From: Verrucomicrobiia bacterium | GTDB taxonomy: Bacteria > Verrucomicrobiota > Verrucomicrobiia > Limisphaerales > UBA1319 | Assembly (NCBI GenBank): GCA_963664225.1 | Contig: OY760937.1 | Coordinates: 2,176,001 to 2,240,000 of the forward strand | Length of the DNA: 64,000 nucleotides | Reading direction: 5' to 3' | In this document: in pieces, positions 39,589 to 50,496 of the stretch | How positions within the stretch are numbered: the stretch's first letter is position 1 | Layout: each line of letters opens with the position of its first letter | The notes under the pieces: generated by a model | Told to the model about the DNA's origin: nothing | Seen by the model: the letters and a program-made list of their open reading frames with translations, nothing else | Database searches by the model: none | Position numbers and translations under genes: made by a program

Positions 39589-40305
39589 ATGCAACACCTA
39601 GACCTCACATGGTCCGACGCGGCAATGAACCTGGCCTGCGACCACGCCTTGCTGGACGCCTGTGAGGCGGGCCGCCTGGGCGGGATGCTAAGATTCTGGT
39701 CCCCCACGAATTATTTTATCGTTGTCGGCTATGGGAACCAGATCGGCACCGAGGTGAATCTGGCGGCATGCGCGGCGCGGGGCATTCCGGTGCTGCGGCG
39801 CTGCAGCGGCGGCGGCACGGTGCTCCAGGGTCCCGGCTGCCTCAATTACGCCCTGATCGCCCCAGCGGAAGGTCCCCTCTCAACGATAACCGGGGCCAAT
39901 CGCCACATCATGGAAACCCACCAGCGCCTCTTCACCGGACTGCTCGGCCAGCCCGTTCACACGCTGGGAATCACCGATCTCGCGGTCGGCGGTCGCAAGT
40001 TTTCTGGAAACGCCCAGCGCCGCAAGCGCAACTGGCTGCTCTTCCACGGCACGTTTCTGTTGGACATGGATATTCCGCTCATCGAAACGCTCTTGCGCCG
40101 ACCCTCCCTGGAACCCGATTATCGCGAAGGCCGCTCCCACGAAGCCTTTCTCATGAACACAGGTTTAAGCGCCGACCGCATCAAAGAATCCCTGTGCCAG
40201 ACATGGGGAGCCTCTGAGCCCCTGGCCCTGACTCTCGAGCCCGAGACCCGCCAATTGGTTGCCGAGAAATACTCCCGCCCCGAGTGGAACCATAAACTTC
40301 TTTAA
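39589..40305 (+). CDS. Lipoate-protein ligase A family
   Basis: NLACDHALL, RRCSGGGTV, RKFSGNAQ, HGTFL; divergent from the PDH operon. Confidence 0.92.
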   Translation: MQHLDLTWSDAAMNLACDHALLDACEAGRLGGMLRFWSPTNYFIVVGYGNQIGTEVNLAACAARGIPVLRRCSGGGTVLQGPGCLNYALIAPAEGPLSTITGANRHIMETHQRLFTGLLGQPVHTLGITDLAVGGRKFSGNAQRRKRNWLLFHGTFLLDMDIPLIETLLRRPSLEPDYREGRSHEAFLMNTGLSADRIKESLCQTWGASEPLALTLEPETRQLVAEKYSRPEWNHKLL

Positions 40306-40498
40306 AACATCCGGTTGGCAGGGCCAGCGTCCCGGTAGGGCGAGGCTCCTGCCGAGCCGCTTTCGCCGTCCCCTGCGGACTGACAGGACGGTGATAACCC
40401 TGGTTCCATGGTCGAATTATTGACGATGTTTTACATTATATGACTTATCTTACCTTTTCAATTTGACGGACTTATTATGACATATCAGATTAACCCAT

Positions 40499-40765
40499 AT
40501 GAGCGCGACATTGAAAACCGACGCCGTTTGGTTCACCACCAAAGGCCAGATCGTTATCCCTGCCTGGTTGCGAAAACAGTTCCACATTGAGGACGGTACC
40601 AAGGCTGTCGTCGAAGCCACGCCCGACGGGATTTTGCTCAAGCCCGTCACAAGCTGGGCGATTGAACGGGGCTATGGCTTGCTAAAACGCAAGGCGGGCG
40701 GGAAAACCTTCGCCGAGGAATGGGCGGAACACAAACGCGAGGAGCGGGAACTGGAGGAGAAATAA
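40499..40765 (+). CDS. vapB: AbrB/MazE-type antitoxin
   Basis: TTKGQIVIPAWLRKQFHI...GILLKP; directly upstream of a PIN gene. Confidence 0.88.
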   Translation: MSATLKTDAVWFTTKGQIVIPAWLRKQFHIEDGTKAVVEATPDGILLKPVTSWAIERGYGLLKRKAGGKTFAEEWAEHKREERELEEK

Positions 40766-40766
40766 G

Positions 40767-41168
40767 ATGACGGCCGCTGTTCTGGATTCCCACGCGCTAT
40801 TGGCCTTCTTCCGAGGCGAAGAAGCTGGAGTCCTGGTGAAGGACCTGCTTTACAAAGCCGCCAGCGCCGACCGACCGCTGCACATGACCGAGGTGAATTA
40901 TGCCGAAGTTAAATACATGCTGGTCAGGAAAGATGGCGTGCAGGCTTGGAAACAAGCCGCCGACATCCTGACCAGCTTGCCCATTGAATTTCATCCAGCC
41001 GACCGTCAACTCGCAGACCTGGCTGCCGACTTCAAATCCCGCCACAAAATCAGTCTGGCCGACGCCTTTGCCGCCGCGCTCGCCAGGGAGCGAAAAGCCG
41101 AAATGGTCACAGGCGATCCCGAATTTAAGTCACTTGAAAAAGAAATCAAAATCAACTGGCTGAAATAA
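40767..41168 (+). CDS. vapC: PIN-domain toxin
   Basis: VLDSHALLA, NYAEV, SLADAFAAALA, VTGDPEF. Confidence 0.92.
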   Translation: MTAAVLDSHALLAFFRGEEAGVLVKDLLYKAASADRPLHMTEVNYAEVKYMLVRKDGVQAWKQAADILTSLPIEFHPADRQLADLAADFKSRHKISLADAFAAALARERKAEMVTGDPEFKSLEKEIKINWLK

Positions 41169-41227
41169 CGAAAACAGGGAGATGAATTGGGCTGGCTATA
41201 CCGCATAAAGGCGCCGGAATAAAGATT

Positions 41228-41281
41228 CAATTGGTGGTGGAAAAATACACTCGCCCCGAGTGGAACCATAAATTGGTCTGA
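41228..41281 (+). repeat. Duplicate of the lipoate-ligase 3' end (partner at 40252..40305)
   Basis: Exact 21-bp core CGCCCCGAGTGGAACCATAAA at 40276 and 41252; QLVVEKYTRPEWNHKLV* vs QLVAEKYSRPEWNHKLL*. Confidence 0.85.
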
Positions 41282-41410
41282 CGCGCCCCGGAAAGGTATG
41301 GCATCCGGATCGCCGGTCTCCAGACCGGCTTTGTGTGTCCGCGTTCTCCCAACGCGCCGCTTTACCTTTTCGCCGTCTCTTCCACCTTGACCACTTTGCC
41401 TATGCCGCCT

Positions 41411-42919
41411 CTACTTCCGCACCGGCTTTTTCAGCGGTTTGACTGCGCTCGGTTTCGCGGGCGCTGGCGGGGGGACCGGCGCTTTTTTGACAGGCGTCAG
41501 ATTCACCAGCTTCAACGCAATGTCGTCCTTATAGACTGGCGAGACGAGCGTGGCCACGCCGTTGGGATGCTCGATGTTCTGGGCCATCTCCTCCGTGCCC
41601 GTGCTGGGATTGAACCACGCCACGCGGTAAGTGCCGGCGGGCAGATCGAGCAGCAGCCCCCTGGCCTGAGTGCCGCCCTGGAGGTAAACCGCGTAGGACT
41701 TGCCCGGCTCGGCCAGCACCCGCGCCGTCGCGCCTGCGGGAACACCGCCTTTGATGATCCCATTGGCCGGCTTCATTTTCACCAGGTCGAACGTGTGAAT
41801 GAACTCCTGCAAATGCATGAGCTGCCGCCGCAACGCCACGCTGCCGCCCCCCGGTTGATTGGCGGGATACGCGAACGTGCCGTCTTCGTGTCCCACCGTA
41901 AATGAATAATCCAGGTTATTGTAGAGTGCGCCTCCGGCCATGATGAAGTCCCAGCCCTCGCGCCGGTAGGTGAAATCGTTGGTGCCCTTGAACCCGGTCT
42001 CATTGTCCCCGATGACCTTGCCCAGACCATAGTTCATGGGAACCGTTTCCGGCGGCGTGGCGTAATGAAAATTAAAAATCGAGACCGCCGGATGCGGATT
42101 TTCAACCTTCGCCTTGTCGTTGGCGATGTTCTGGGAAATCAGGTGGATGCGCCCCAGCTTTTTCTCGGTCTCGACGATCACATCCGCAATATGCCGCTGC
42201 CAGTCGAGCGTGACGCCGCCGAAGTAAGGCTCGTTGCAAATCTCGTAATACACATTATCGAAATCCTTCAGCGCGGTCACAATCTGGCGCACCATGGACT
42301 CCTGAATGGCGAGCAACCCGCCGTTGTTATCCAGCGTATAGACATTCGTGCGGGCGATGTCGCCGACCGCGTTGACATTGTTTTTGGCGTTGAGCGGGCT
42401 GATCTCCCATTGCGACTCATCGTAGAACGGGCAGAAGAGATTCATCTCCACAATGATCCCGCGCCGTTCCGCCTGGCCCACGAAATCCCGCAGCCGGATA
42501 AAATAGGCCGGATTCCATTGCGTCAGATCATATTTGACCGTCGTCCCGCCCGGCGCATTGGTCTTGACCCAGGGGCAGATAAAGCGGTCGGCCTTGGGCG
42601 CCAGGACATTGTTGGCGATGTTAAACGCGCCCGCCGGTTCGTAATACGCCCCCGAAAAGGTCCGCGTCAGGTTGAGCTTGTTGGACTGGAGCGTATCCAG
42701 ATACTTGACGTAGTTGAAATCCAGATTCAGCACCGCTCCGTAATGCTCGCCGGAAGTGATGAGCACCTGCGGCCTGCCGTGATAAAGGAAGTAATGCGGA
42801 TTGGCCGGATGCAACGCCAGCGGCGCGCCGAAAAGCGCATTTCCGGAAACGAGCGCCAGTGCACACAGATGGCACAGACCGCGCATGGCCGTGGCAACGA
42901 TCGAGCGGAGTGATTTCAT
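41411..42919 (-). CDS. Secreted clan GH-A (GH5-like) glycoside hydrolase with C-terminal beta domain
   Basis: HPANPHYF, YEICNEP acid/base motif, DNETG, GTYRVAWFNPSTG. Confidence 0.8.
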   Translation of the reverse strand: MKSLRSIVATAMRGLCHLCALALVSGNALFGAPLALHPANPHYFLYHGRPQVLITSGEHYGAVLNLDFNYVKYLDTLQSNKLNLTRTFSGAYYEPAGAFNIANNVLAPKADRFICPWVKTNAPGGTTVKYDLTQWNPAYFIRLRDFVGQAERRGIIVEMNLFCPFYDESQWEISPLNAKNNVNAVGDIARTNVYTLDNNGGLLAIQESMVRQIVTALKDFDNVYYEICNEPYFGGVTLDWQRHIADVIVETEKKLGRIHLISQNIANDKAKVENPHPAVSIFNFHYATPPETVPMNYGLGKVIGDNETGFKGTNDFTYRREGWDFIMAGGALYNNLDYSFTVGHEDGTFAYPANQPGGGSVALRRQLMHLQEFIHTFDLVKMKPANGIIKGGVPAGATARVLAEPGKSYAVYLQGGTQARGLLLDLPAGTYRVAWFNPSTGTEEMAQNIEHPNGVATLVSPVYKDDIALKLVNLTPVKKAPVPPPAPAKPSAVKPLKKPVRK

Positions 42920-43036
42920 GAAGCCAAAATAGCGAATTTCCTGAAAATGGAAATAATTAATAGATGAATCAAACGCACTTTTCGAGTTCAAGAATTCCAA
43001 TCATTCGGTCAGTCATCCAAACATCCAGTAATCCAG

Positions 43037-43537
43037 TCAACCTTTTGCCCAAAAACCCTCGTGGAAAACAGCGGCGCCCTTTGGGATGGTTTTCGCGAAC
43101 GGCAGCGCCAGCACGTACTCCTGCGGAACCCCCTCGTGCGTTAATTCTGGATAGGACCTGAACCCGAAGCGCTCATAGTATTTTGGATCGCCCACAAGCA
43201 CACACCCCTGGGCTTCCCGCGCCTGGAGCAGGGACAGCCCCTCACTGACCAGCGCCTTCCCAATGCCCTGCTTCTGGCAGGATGGCAATACAGACAGCGG
43301 GCCGACACCATACCAATCCCGGCTCCCATCCGAAATGGTGATCGGCGAAAAAGCGATATGCCCCACCACTTTTCCATCCAACTCCGCGACCAATGAAATG
43401 GACAGCGCGCGCGCGGCCCGCAACGCATTGATGATGAATTGCTCTGTCTGGTGGCTGAATGGATGATGCTCGAAGGCCGCCTTGGTGACCTCGAATATCG
43501 CCTCAATGTCGGATTCCGTTTCCTTGCGTATGATCAC
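43037..43537 (-). CDS. YhbS-like GNAT acetyltransferase
   Basis: GKVVGHIAFSP, GPLSVLP..QKQGIGKAL, LVGDPKYYERFGF; GTG start inferred. Confidence 0.9.
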   Translation of the reverse strand: MIIRKETESDIEAIFEVTKAAFEHHPFSHQTEQFIINALRAARALSISLVAELDGKVVGHIAFSPITISDGSRDWYGVGPLSVLPSCQKQGIGKALVSEGLSLLQAREAQGCVLVGDPKYYERFGFRSYPELTHEGVPQEYVLALPFAKTIPKGAAVFHEGFWAKG

Positions 43538-43751
43538 ATGGACAAAATAGCTCGAATATTCCTCACACATCAAGTCATATATTACATGCAGTAACGGCAT
43601 CAACGTTATGGCCTGGCCAATCTGCATTTAATATCCGGAGGCGAATCGCCATGTGATGAGCCGTGGTTTTTTTAAAGACCGACAACGAACGATATTATGG
43701 GTGGCCACTTTTCGGTCGTATTATAATCTCGGTCAGGCAGCATCACGCATT

Positions 43752-43976
43752 ATGAAAAACGCAGTCATCATGGGAGTCATGTCAGCCACCTTTGCATTGG
43801 TCGGTTGCAGCAAAGAGCCGTCGAATAGTTCCACTACACCTGCGTCTGGCACCAATTCGACCGCGGTTACCAATGCCAGTCCTGAATTCTTATTAGGAGC
43901 CACCACCATCAACGGTACCAATGTTTCACGCACAAATGTATCCGTTGGGGTCAGGACACGTGAGACGTCAAAATGA
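43752..43976 (+). CDS. Small Ser/Thr/Asn-rich lipoprotein
   Basis: MKN...FALVGC lipobox. Confidence 0.6.
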   Translation: MKNAVIMGVMSATFALVGCSKEPSNSSTTPASGTNSTAVTNASPEFLLGATTINGTNVSRTNVSVGVRTRETSK

Positions 43977-44055
43977 AAAAGGGGTCACAAAAAATGTTCT
44001 GAAAGTGCGATGGAAATCAGACCATAACCTACGCTTCACCGTTTTCTCCCTGGCA

Positions 44056-44400
44056 TGGAGTCCCGAGCTTCAGCCGACGCGGCCATCGCATCGTTGAGAG
44101 CCTGCAAATCGGCCATCCCCTCCAAATTCAAACTCCCCCCTGCGCGCGCCACCCATCCTCCGGCCAACCCGGAACGGGTTGCAATCATTCAGACCCGGGT
44201 TGCCCGCCCAGGGCTACCCGGGGCCGCCGTCCCCTCGGAATCCCCAACGCTGTAAGCGTTGAATCAAATCCCTTTCCTCATCCCGTACATCCCCCCCCAT
44301 TCGTTGCCGCCACACGCGATGCTCCATTGCGCGGCGACGGTTGAAACACCCGTGGCGGAGCGCCGATTTTCAATCGGCTTATCGCATCCGCTGAAACCAG
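44056..44400. repeat. Cluster of REP-like palindromes
   Basis: AACCCGGAACGGGTT and CCCGGGTTG...TACCCGGG module shared with the 45.3-48.5 kb array; GCCGATTTTCAATCGGC. Confidence 0.7.
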
Positions 44401-44578
44401 TAGGCGGGAATATCCTTTTGTAAAATTGAATTTGCGATGTGCTGGGATTGCCGCTCCCAAAAGCCCAACCACGTGCCTTCTCCCTGCCACCATGCCAATG
44501 CAAGTGGGCTATTTCACTGGAGAAATTTGTCGTGCACCCGAGACCCAATGCTTTTGTTGCCCCGGCGCTTCAAAGGGA

Positions 44579-45115
44579 TCACGCCCGACCCCGCATAAAA
44601 ACCGCCCAGGTGGCGCGCATCGATGAAAACGCCAGGTCGTCGGGATTCACGGTCACGGGATCGAGCCACAGGACGCTATCCACCTCCACGGGCGAGCCTA
44701 CTTCGCCGGCTTGATCGGCCGTGGCCGTAAAGAAAAGGTCCACCACGGGATACGTGATTTCCTTGTAAAAATAACGATTGGTCTGGGAGCAGAGGAAGGC
44801 GACCTCGCGAATGGGGATGTTCACCTCCTCGCGGACCTCCCGGGTCAGCGCGTCCTCGGCGCGTTCTCCAATATCGATAAATCCACCCGGGAACGCCAGC
44901 TTGCCCCGGGACGGCTCCTTGGCGCGGCGGATGAACATGATTTGCCCCACGCGATTGCGGATCAGGGCGGCCACGGCCACGGCGGGGTTGAAATAGAGCA
45001 CCAGGTGGCACGCGGGGCATTCGATCACAGCCGAACGCGGGCGGATCAGTCCGTCATGGCCGCAGCGTGGGCAAAACCGATGACATTGAACAGGTTCCAT
45101 TACCGCAGGTTCCAT
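44579..45115 (-). CDS. NUDIX hydrolase with N-terminal zinc ribbon
   Basis: FCPRCG...CPAC, PGGFIDIGERAEDALTREVREEV Nudix box. Confidence 0.93.
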   Translation of the reverse strand: MEPAVMEPVQCHRFCPRCGHDGLIRPRSAVIECPACHLVLYFNPAVAVAALIRNRVGQIMFIRRAKEPSRGKLAFPGGFIDIGERAEDALTREVREEVNIPIREVAFLCSQTNRYFYKEITYPVVDLFFTATADQAGEVGSPVEVDSVLWLDPVTVNPDDLAFSSMRATWAVFMRGRA

Positions 45116-45299
45116 GAATGGGGAACCTAACGCACCCCGCCGCAAAACACCATCCAATTGTGGCTCACCCTGAATTTCCCTCATGAAACAACCCACGCAG
45201 ACGCATTTTCCGAATCGTTCAAACTTTCCTGCGATCCGCCCTGCTTCTTCTTTCTGGAAAGCCAGAATGAGCGCGTGTGTCAATTCCGTTTTGCATTTA

Positions 45300-48200
45300 A
45301 TTGTCCATTGACCATTTTCAATTATCCATTCTGCCCTCACCCACGCCCATCCTCTTCCAAAGCCTCCTCACCTCCAACCCGGAACGGGTTGGAATCCCCA
45401 ACCCCAACGCGGGTTGAATCACCCCCCCACGCCGGACAACCCGGAACGCAAATTCCACGTCAAACCACTCAAATCACATGGTCTGGAAACCGATGATCCT
45501 GCAGCTAAAAGTGTAATGCCATGGGTGACGCCTTTCTCGGCGCGCGACGGCCGAGGCTTCTGTATGGAGTCCCGTCTTTAGACGGCGCAGCGCTCAAAAG
45601 AGAGGGGTCATGAATATTTTTAACCCCCTCGATAATCCGAAAACCTTTGCGAATTCCCCAAGCTCACCATTCCCCTGTCTCCCATTCAAACAATCCCCCG
45701 CCCATCCCACCTGCTTGCGCGTCCAAACCGCAACTCGTAGCGCAGGTTTCAAACCTGCCGTATCGCAGATTTCCAATCTGCTAACCGTCTCACATTCACA
45801 GAGCGCACCACAAAAACCTCCGATCCGCGGAAACGCCTTAAGACCCCATTGCAGACTCACCCAACCTAATCAACCGCCCGCGCGATCTCGCAAAATCTTT
45901 GTTCCCGCCTCCCATTCAAACAATTCCCTTCAGGCATCCCGGCAGGGATGGCAGCGATTAGCCGGGGGTCAAGGTCGTCCGCGACCGACACCCCCGGACG
46001 CATAACCCAAACGACCACGATCCCGGCAGGGATCGCAGACCCTTTTCAATGAGGTCGTGCGTCCCCGACCCTGCGAATCGCAATCAAAATCTCCATCGCA
46101 TCGCCTGTTTTTCCACCTTCCAAACCATCCAATTCTCCCCGCGACTTGCGAAACTTCCATTCCCTCAATTATCCATTCTTCCCTCACCCACGCCCATCCT
46201 CTTCCACAACCTCCCGGCCGCCAACCCAGAACGGGTTGGAATCATCCAGCCCCGGGTTGGCCGCCGAGGCCTACCCGGGGTAATCGCCCCCTGGAATCCC
46301 CAGCCCCAACGCGGGTTGAATCACCCCCCCCGCCGTGCAATCCGAAACACAAATTCCGCGTCAAACGCACTAAAATACCCTGATCTGGAAACCGATGATC
46401 CTGCAGCTAAAAGTGTAATGCCCTGGGTGACGCCTTTCTCGGCGCGCGACGGACGAGGCTTCTGTATGGAGTCCCGTCTTTAGACGGCGCAGCGCTCAAA
46501 AGCGAGGGGTCATGAATATTTTTAACCCCCTCAATAATCCGAAAACCTTCGCGAATTCCCCAAGCTCACCATTCCCCTGTCTCCCATTCAAACAATCCCC
46601 CGCCCATCCCACCTGCTTGCGCGTCCAAACCGCAACTCGTAGCGCAGGTTTCAAACCTGCCGTATCGCAGATTTCCAATCTGCTAACCGTCTCACATTCA
46701 CAGAGCGCACCACAAAAACCTCCGATCCGCGGAAACGCCTTAAGACCCCATTGAAGCCTCACCCAACCGAATGAACCGACCGCGCGAATTCGTAAAACCC
46801 ACATTCTTCCCGCCTCCCATTCAAACAATTCCCTTCAGGCATCCCGGCAGGGAACCGCAACTCGTAGCGCAGATTTCCAATCTGCTAACCGTCTCACATT
46901 CACAGAGCGCACCACAAAAACCTCCAATCCGCGGAAGCCCTTTAATACCCCATTGAAGCCTCACCCAACCAAACGAACCACCCACGCCATTTCGTAAAAC
47001 CCACATTCTTCCCGCTTCTCATTCAAACAATTCCCTTCAAGCATCCCGGCAGGGAACCGCAACTCGTAGCGCAGGTTTCAAACCTGCCGTATCGCAGATT
47101 TCCAATCTGCTAACCGTCTCACATTCACAGAGCGCACCACAAAATTCTCCGGTCTGCAGAAGCCCTTTAATACCCCATTGAAGCCTCACCCAACCGAATG
47201 AACCGACCGCGCGAATTCGTAAAACCCACATTCTTCCCGCCTCCCATTCAAACAATTCCCTTCAGGCATCCCGGCAGGGATGCAAGCGATTAGCCGGGGG
47301 TCGAGGTCGTCCGCGACCGACACCCCCGGACACATAACCCAAACGACCACGATCCCGGCAGGGATCGCAGACCCTTTTCAATGAGGGCGTGCGTCCCGCC
47401 CGGTGAATCGCATCCAAAACCTCCATCGCATCGCCACGTCTATCCACCTTCCAAACCATCCAATTCACCCCGCGACTCGCGAAACTTCCATTCCCTCAAT
47501 TATCCATTCTCCCCTCACCCACGCCCATCCTCTTCCAAAGCCTCCTCACCGCCAACCCGGAACGGGTTGGAATCATTCAGCCCCGGGTTGGCCGTCGAGG
47601 CCTACCCGGGGTAATCGCCCCCTGGAATCCCCAACCCCAACGCGGGTTGAATCAAACCCCCACGCCGGACAACCCGGAACGCAAATTCCACGTCAAACCA
47701 CTCAAATCACATGGTCTGGAAACCAATGATCCTGCAGCTAAAAGTGCAATGCCATGGGTGACGCCTTTCTCGGCGCGCGACGGCCGAGGCTTCTGTATGG
47801 AGTCCCGTCTTTAGACGGCGCAGCGCTCAAAAGCGAGGGGTCATGAATATTTTTAACCCCCTCGATAATCCGAAAACCTTTGCGAATTCCCCAAGCTCAC
47901 CATTCCCCTGTCTCCCATTCAAACAATCCCCCGCCCATCCCACCTGCTTGCGCATCCAAACCGCAACTCGTAGCGCAGGTTTCAAACCTGCCGTATCGCA
48001 GATTTCCAATCTGCTAACCGTCTCACATTCACAGAGCGCACCACAAAAACCTCCGATCCGCGGAAGCCCTTTAATACCCCATTGAAGCCTCACCCAACCG
48101 AATGAACCGACCGCGCGAATTCGTAAAACCCACATTCTTCCCGTCTCCCATTCAAACAATTCCCTTCAAGCATCCCGGCAGGGAACCGCAACTCGTAGCG

Positions 48201-48521
48201 CAGGTTTCAAACCTTGCATCGCGGATTTCTAATCCGCAAACCATCTCACATTCACAGAGCGCACCACAAAAACCTCCGATCCGCGGAAGCCCTTTAATAC
48301 CCCATTGAAGCCTCACCCAACCAAACGAACCACCCGCGCCATTTCGCAAAACCCACATTCTTCCCGTCTCCCATTCAAACAATTCCCTTCAAGCATCCCG
48401 GCAGGGATGCAAGCGATTAGCCGGGGGTCAAGGTCGTCCGCGACCGACACCTCCGGACACGCAACCCAAACGAATACGATCCCGGCAGGGATCGCAGACC
48501 CTTTTCAATGAGGGCGTGCGT
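45300..48521. repeat. Mosaic tandem array of several REP-like families (3 large units with internal ~200-225 bp subunits)
   Basis: Unit starts CAATTATCCATTC at 45319, 46166, 47497; subunits from GCATCCCGGCAGGGA at about 46839, 47041, 48170. Confidence 0.92.
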
Positions 48522-48707
48522 CAATCCCCACCAAGTCCTCCGCCAGATCCTCCGCAATAACGCACCCAATTTTTCCGCGGCAAACCACTATTATCTTGCT
48601 TTACACGGCGATACAGGGTTAATCTCCCCGAAAGGGCGCCGGCAACCCGGTTTGTTTCCGGCGTCTGAGTTAGAGCCAATAAATACTGATCGACCGCCAC
48701 CCACGCC

Positions 48708-49136
48708 ATGCCACCATCAAACCTTAATCCCGGAGATAAAGTCGTCGTGCTTGCCGCACTCGCCGTTTCGGCTGCGGTTGCGACTGGTGCTGTGTCTGGT
48801 GCCTGGGTTGTCTGGCTCATCAAGAAGAGTTGGCTGGCATCAGCGGGAGCTCTTATCGCTGGCGCAGTTATCGGCTTTTCGGTGAGTCAGATATTGGTGC
48901 GCATTCTTTACCGCACACCTGACGGTAAGACGACCATCGTGAAGATTGGCAGTGCGGGATTATCCGCAACCATTCCGGCCGGACTGGCTGGAGGCATTAC
49001 CACAGCCATTGCTGTTGGTCTCTTCGCTATGTTACTTTTTGGCGCGAAGAGTCAGGCATTGTCTTTATTCGGCGTTGCCATCGGTTGTGGCATCGTTTTC
49101 GGCATGCTATTCGCTTTTTTGGGTTCACTGACATGA
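48708..49136 (+). CDS. Cassette-like membrane protein (about 4 TMs)
   Basis: Hydrophobic ORF followed by an attC-like site. Confidence 0.75.
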   Translation: MPPSNLNPGDKVVVLAALAVSAAVATGAVSGAWVVWLIKKSWLASAGALIAGAVIGFSVSQILVRILYRTPDGKTTIVKIGSAGLSATIPAGLAGGITTAIAVGLFAMLLFGAKSQALSLFGVAIGCGIVFGMLFAFLGSLT

Positions 49137-49158
49137 GATTTCAGATCACACATCGGCA

Positions 49159-49256
49159 ACCCAACAATTCTCCGCAGCCAACCGCCGTTGGCGCTGTCGG
49201 TTCCGCCATTGCAGTCCACGCCGCGAGTCGGCAGGACTCAGCTTTCTACGGTATCC
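49159..49256 (+). other. attC-like site 1 (degenerate)
   Basis: ACCCAAC...CAGCCAACCGCCG...GAGTCGGCAGGACTCAGC...GGTATCC. Confidence 0.7.
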
Positions 49257-49269
49257 CGCATCACACTTT

Positions 49270-49596
49270 ATGAAAGTCTTTCCGTGGCTTTTGACTATGG
49301 CATTTGCAGTCGTTTGTTTTGCTTGCTGGGCTATGTCGGGACTCGCGTTGCGTTCCCTCGGCGACACCCATTGGGAGTCGTTGCCTGCAGTTACGGTCTT
49401 GGTGATTCGTCCGAATGGTTGGATTCTTGCCTGTCCGTTTCCGTGGGTGGTCTATTCTCTGGTTCTCACGATGCGTCGAGAGGTGACACCGGCTGCCGCT
49501 TTTCTTTTTGCAGGCACAATGTTTCTGGCATTGACAATTCTTGTATGTGCGGTATTCATTGCATGCGTTATTCCTTTCATTACCTTGAAGGCATGA
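49270..49596 (+). CDS. Cassette-like membrane protein
   Basis: 108 aa, about 3 TMs, lies between attC-like sites. Confidence 0.75.
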   Translation: MKVFPWLLTMAFAVVCFACWAMSGLALRSLGDTHWESLPAVTVLVIRPNGWILACPFPWVVYSLVLTMRREVTPAAAFLFAGTMFLALTILVCAVFIACVIPFITLKA

Positions 49597-49615
49597 GTGA
49601 AAGACACTTTATGTC

Positions 49616-49714
49616 GCCTGCCAAGTCGCCAGAACCTGCCGCCGAGGGCGCTGTCTGCTCCACTTCGCAGACGAAGGGTTTTATCCGGCGATGGCTCGGC
49701 TTTCTGCGGTAGGC
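49616..49714 (+). other. attC-like site 2 (degenerate)
   Basis: GCCTGCC...GAACCTGCCGCCG...CCGGCGATGGCTCGGC...GGTAGGC. Confidence 0.7.
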
Positions 49715-49727
49715 CACAAGACACGTT

Positions 49728-50063
49728 ATGGGCACATTCGCATGGATAGCAGCAATGGCTGGTATTGCGTATTTAATTACGCGGTTACTTTGTCGGCGGA
49801 CTATTGCAGTACATCGTCAGCCTTCCTATCTGCTGGCGGTGATTGGATCATTTTGCGCCCCGCTCATAATGCCATTTATGATTTTCGGCAGTCGTCTGTT
49901 CACTCGCCATTTTTGGACAGACCTTTTTAATGATGACCGTTTACCGGCAGTTATTTTTGTGCCGCTTGTTTTTGGGGTTTGCTTTGTTGTGAGCCTTGTT
50001 CCAGCGCTGCTGGCCGTCTGCCACTGTCGGCATAAATTGAGAAATGAAAACCATGTGGCCTAA
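49728..50063 (+). CDS. Cassette-like membrane protein
   Basis: 111 aa, 3 TMs; its TAA stop lies inside the GCCTAAA core, as is typical of cassettes. Confidence 0.75.
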   Translation: MGTFAWIAAMAGIAYLITRLLCRRTIAVHRQPSYLLAVIGSFCAPLIMPFMIFGSRLFTRHFWTDLFNDDRLPAVIFVPLVFGVCFVVSLVPALLAVCHCRHKLRNENHVA

Positions 50064-50156
50064 AATGTCTCCGGAACCAGTCGCCCTTAACGCTGTCCGT
50101 TCCGCTGTCGCGGTTCACGCCACGAGTCGGCGGTGGCCGGCCTTTCTAATTTAGGT
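50058..50156 (+). other. attC-like site 3
   Basis: GCCTAAA...GTCGCGGTTCACGCCACGAGTCGGCGGTGGC...TTTAGGT. Confidence 0.75.
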
Positions 50157-50175
50157 GGCATTGAACGTTTGCCGT

Positions 50176-50484
50176 ATGAAGCCAAAATATATCGTAGCGG
50201 TGATTCTCATACTGGTCGGCACGAACCTTTTCACCTATGCGACTGCCCGCTACTGGACGACGGGTTATGTTTTGACGCGCGCTAAGGAGCGCACCTATGC
50301 GGCACTCAGAAAAGAGGGACTGGATTATTTGATTTATCCTCCAGAAAAGATAATCGCTTCGAAACCGAACTTCTCCGTTTTCATGGCCATCAATCAGGCT
50401 GGCGGAATGTACTATTGGTGGAATGATGGATTGCTTTATTGGGGATTGGGCAGTGTTCTAGTTATTTATTGGTTACACAATTAG
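50176..50484 (+). CDS. Cassette-like membrane protein
   Basis: N- and C-terminal TMs; starts 20 nt after site 3. Confidence 0.7.
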   Translation: MKPKYIVAVILILVGTNLFTYATARYWTTGYVLTRAKERTYAALRKEGLDYLIYPPEKIIASKPNFSVFMAINQAGGMYYWWNDGLLYWGLGSVLVIYWLHN

Positions 50485-50496
50485 CGTCCAAGGATC

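Noticed and set aside
45116..45340. N-terminal extension of the NUDIX protein
   Set aside because: Runs into heptamer repeats; the family domain begins near 45115.
45594..48511. Repeated small ORFs (MNIFNPLDNPK..., MFEWE...)
   Set aside because: Translations of the palindromic repeats with variable frames and ends between copies; no RBS or domain evidence.
45300..48521. CRISPR array
   Set aside because: Sequences between the palindromes are themselves repeated rather than unique spacers; periods are 200-1300 bp; no cas genes.
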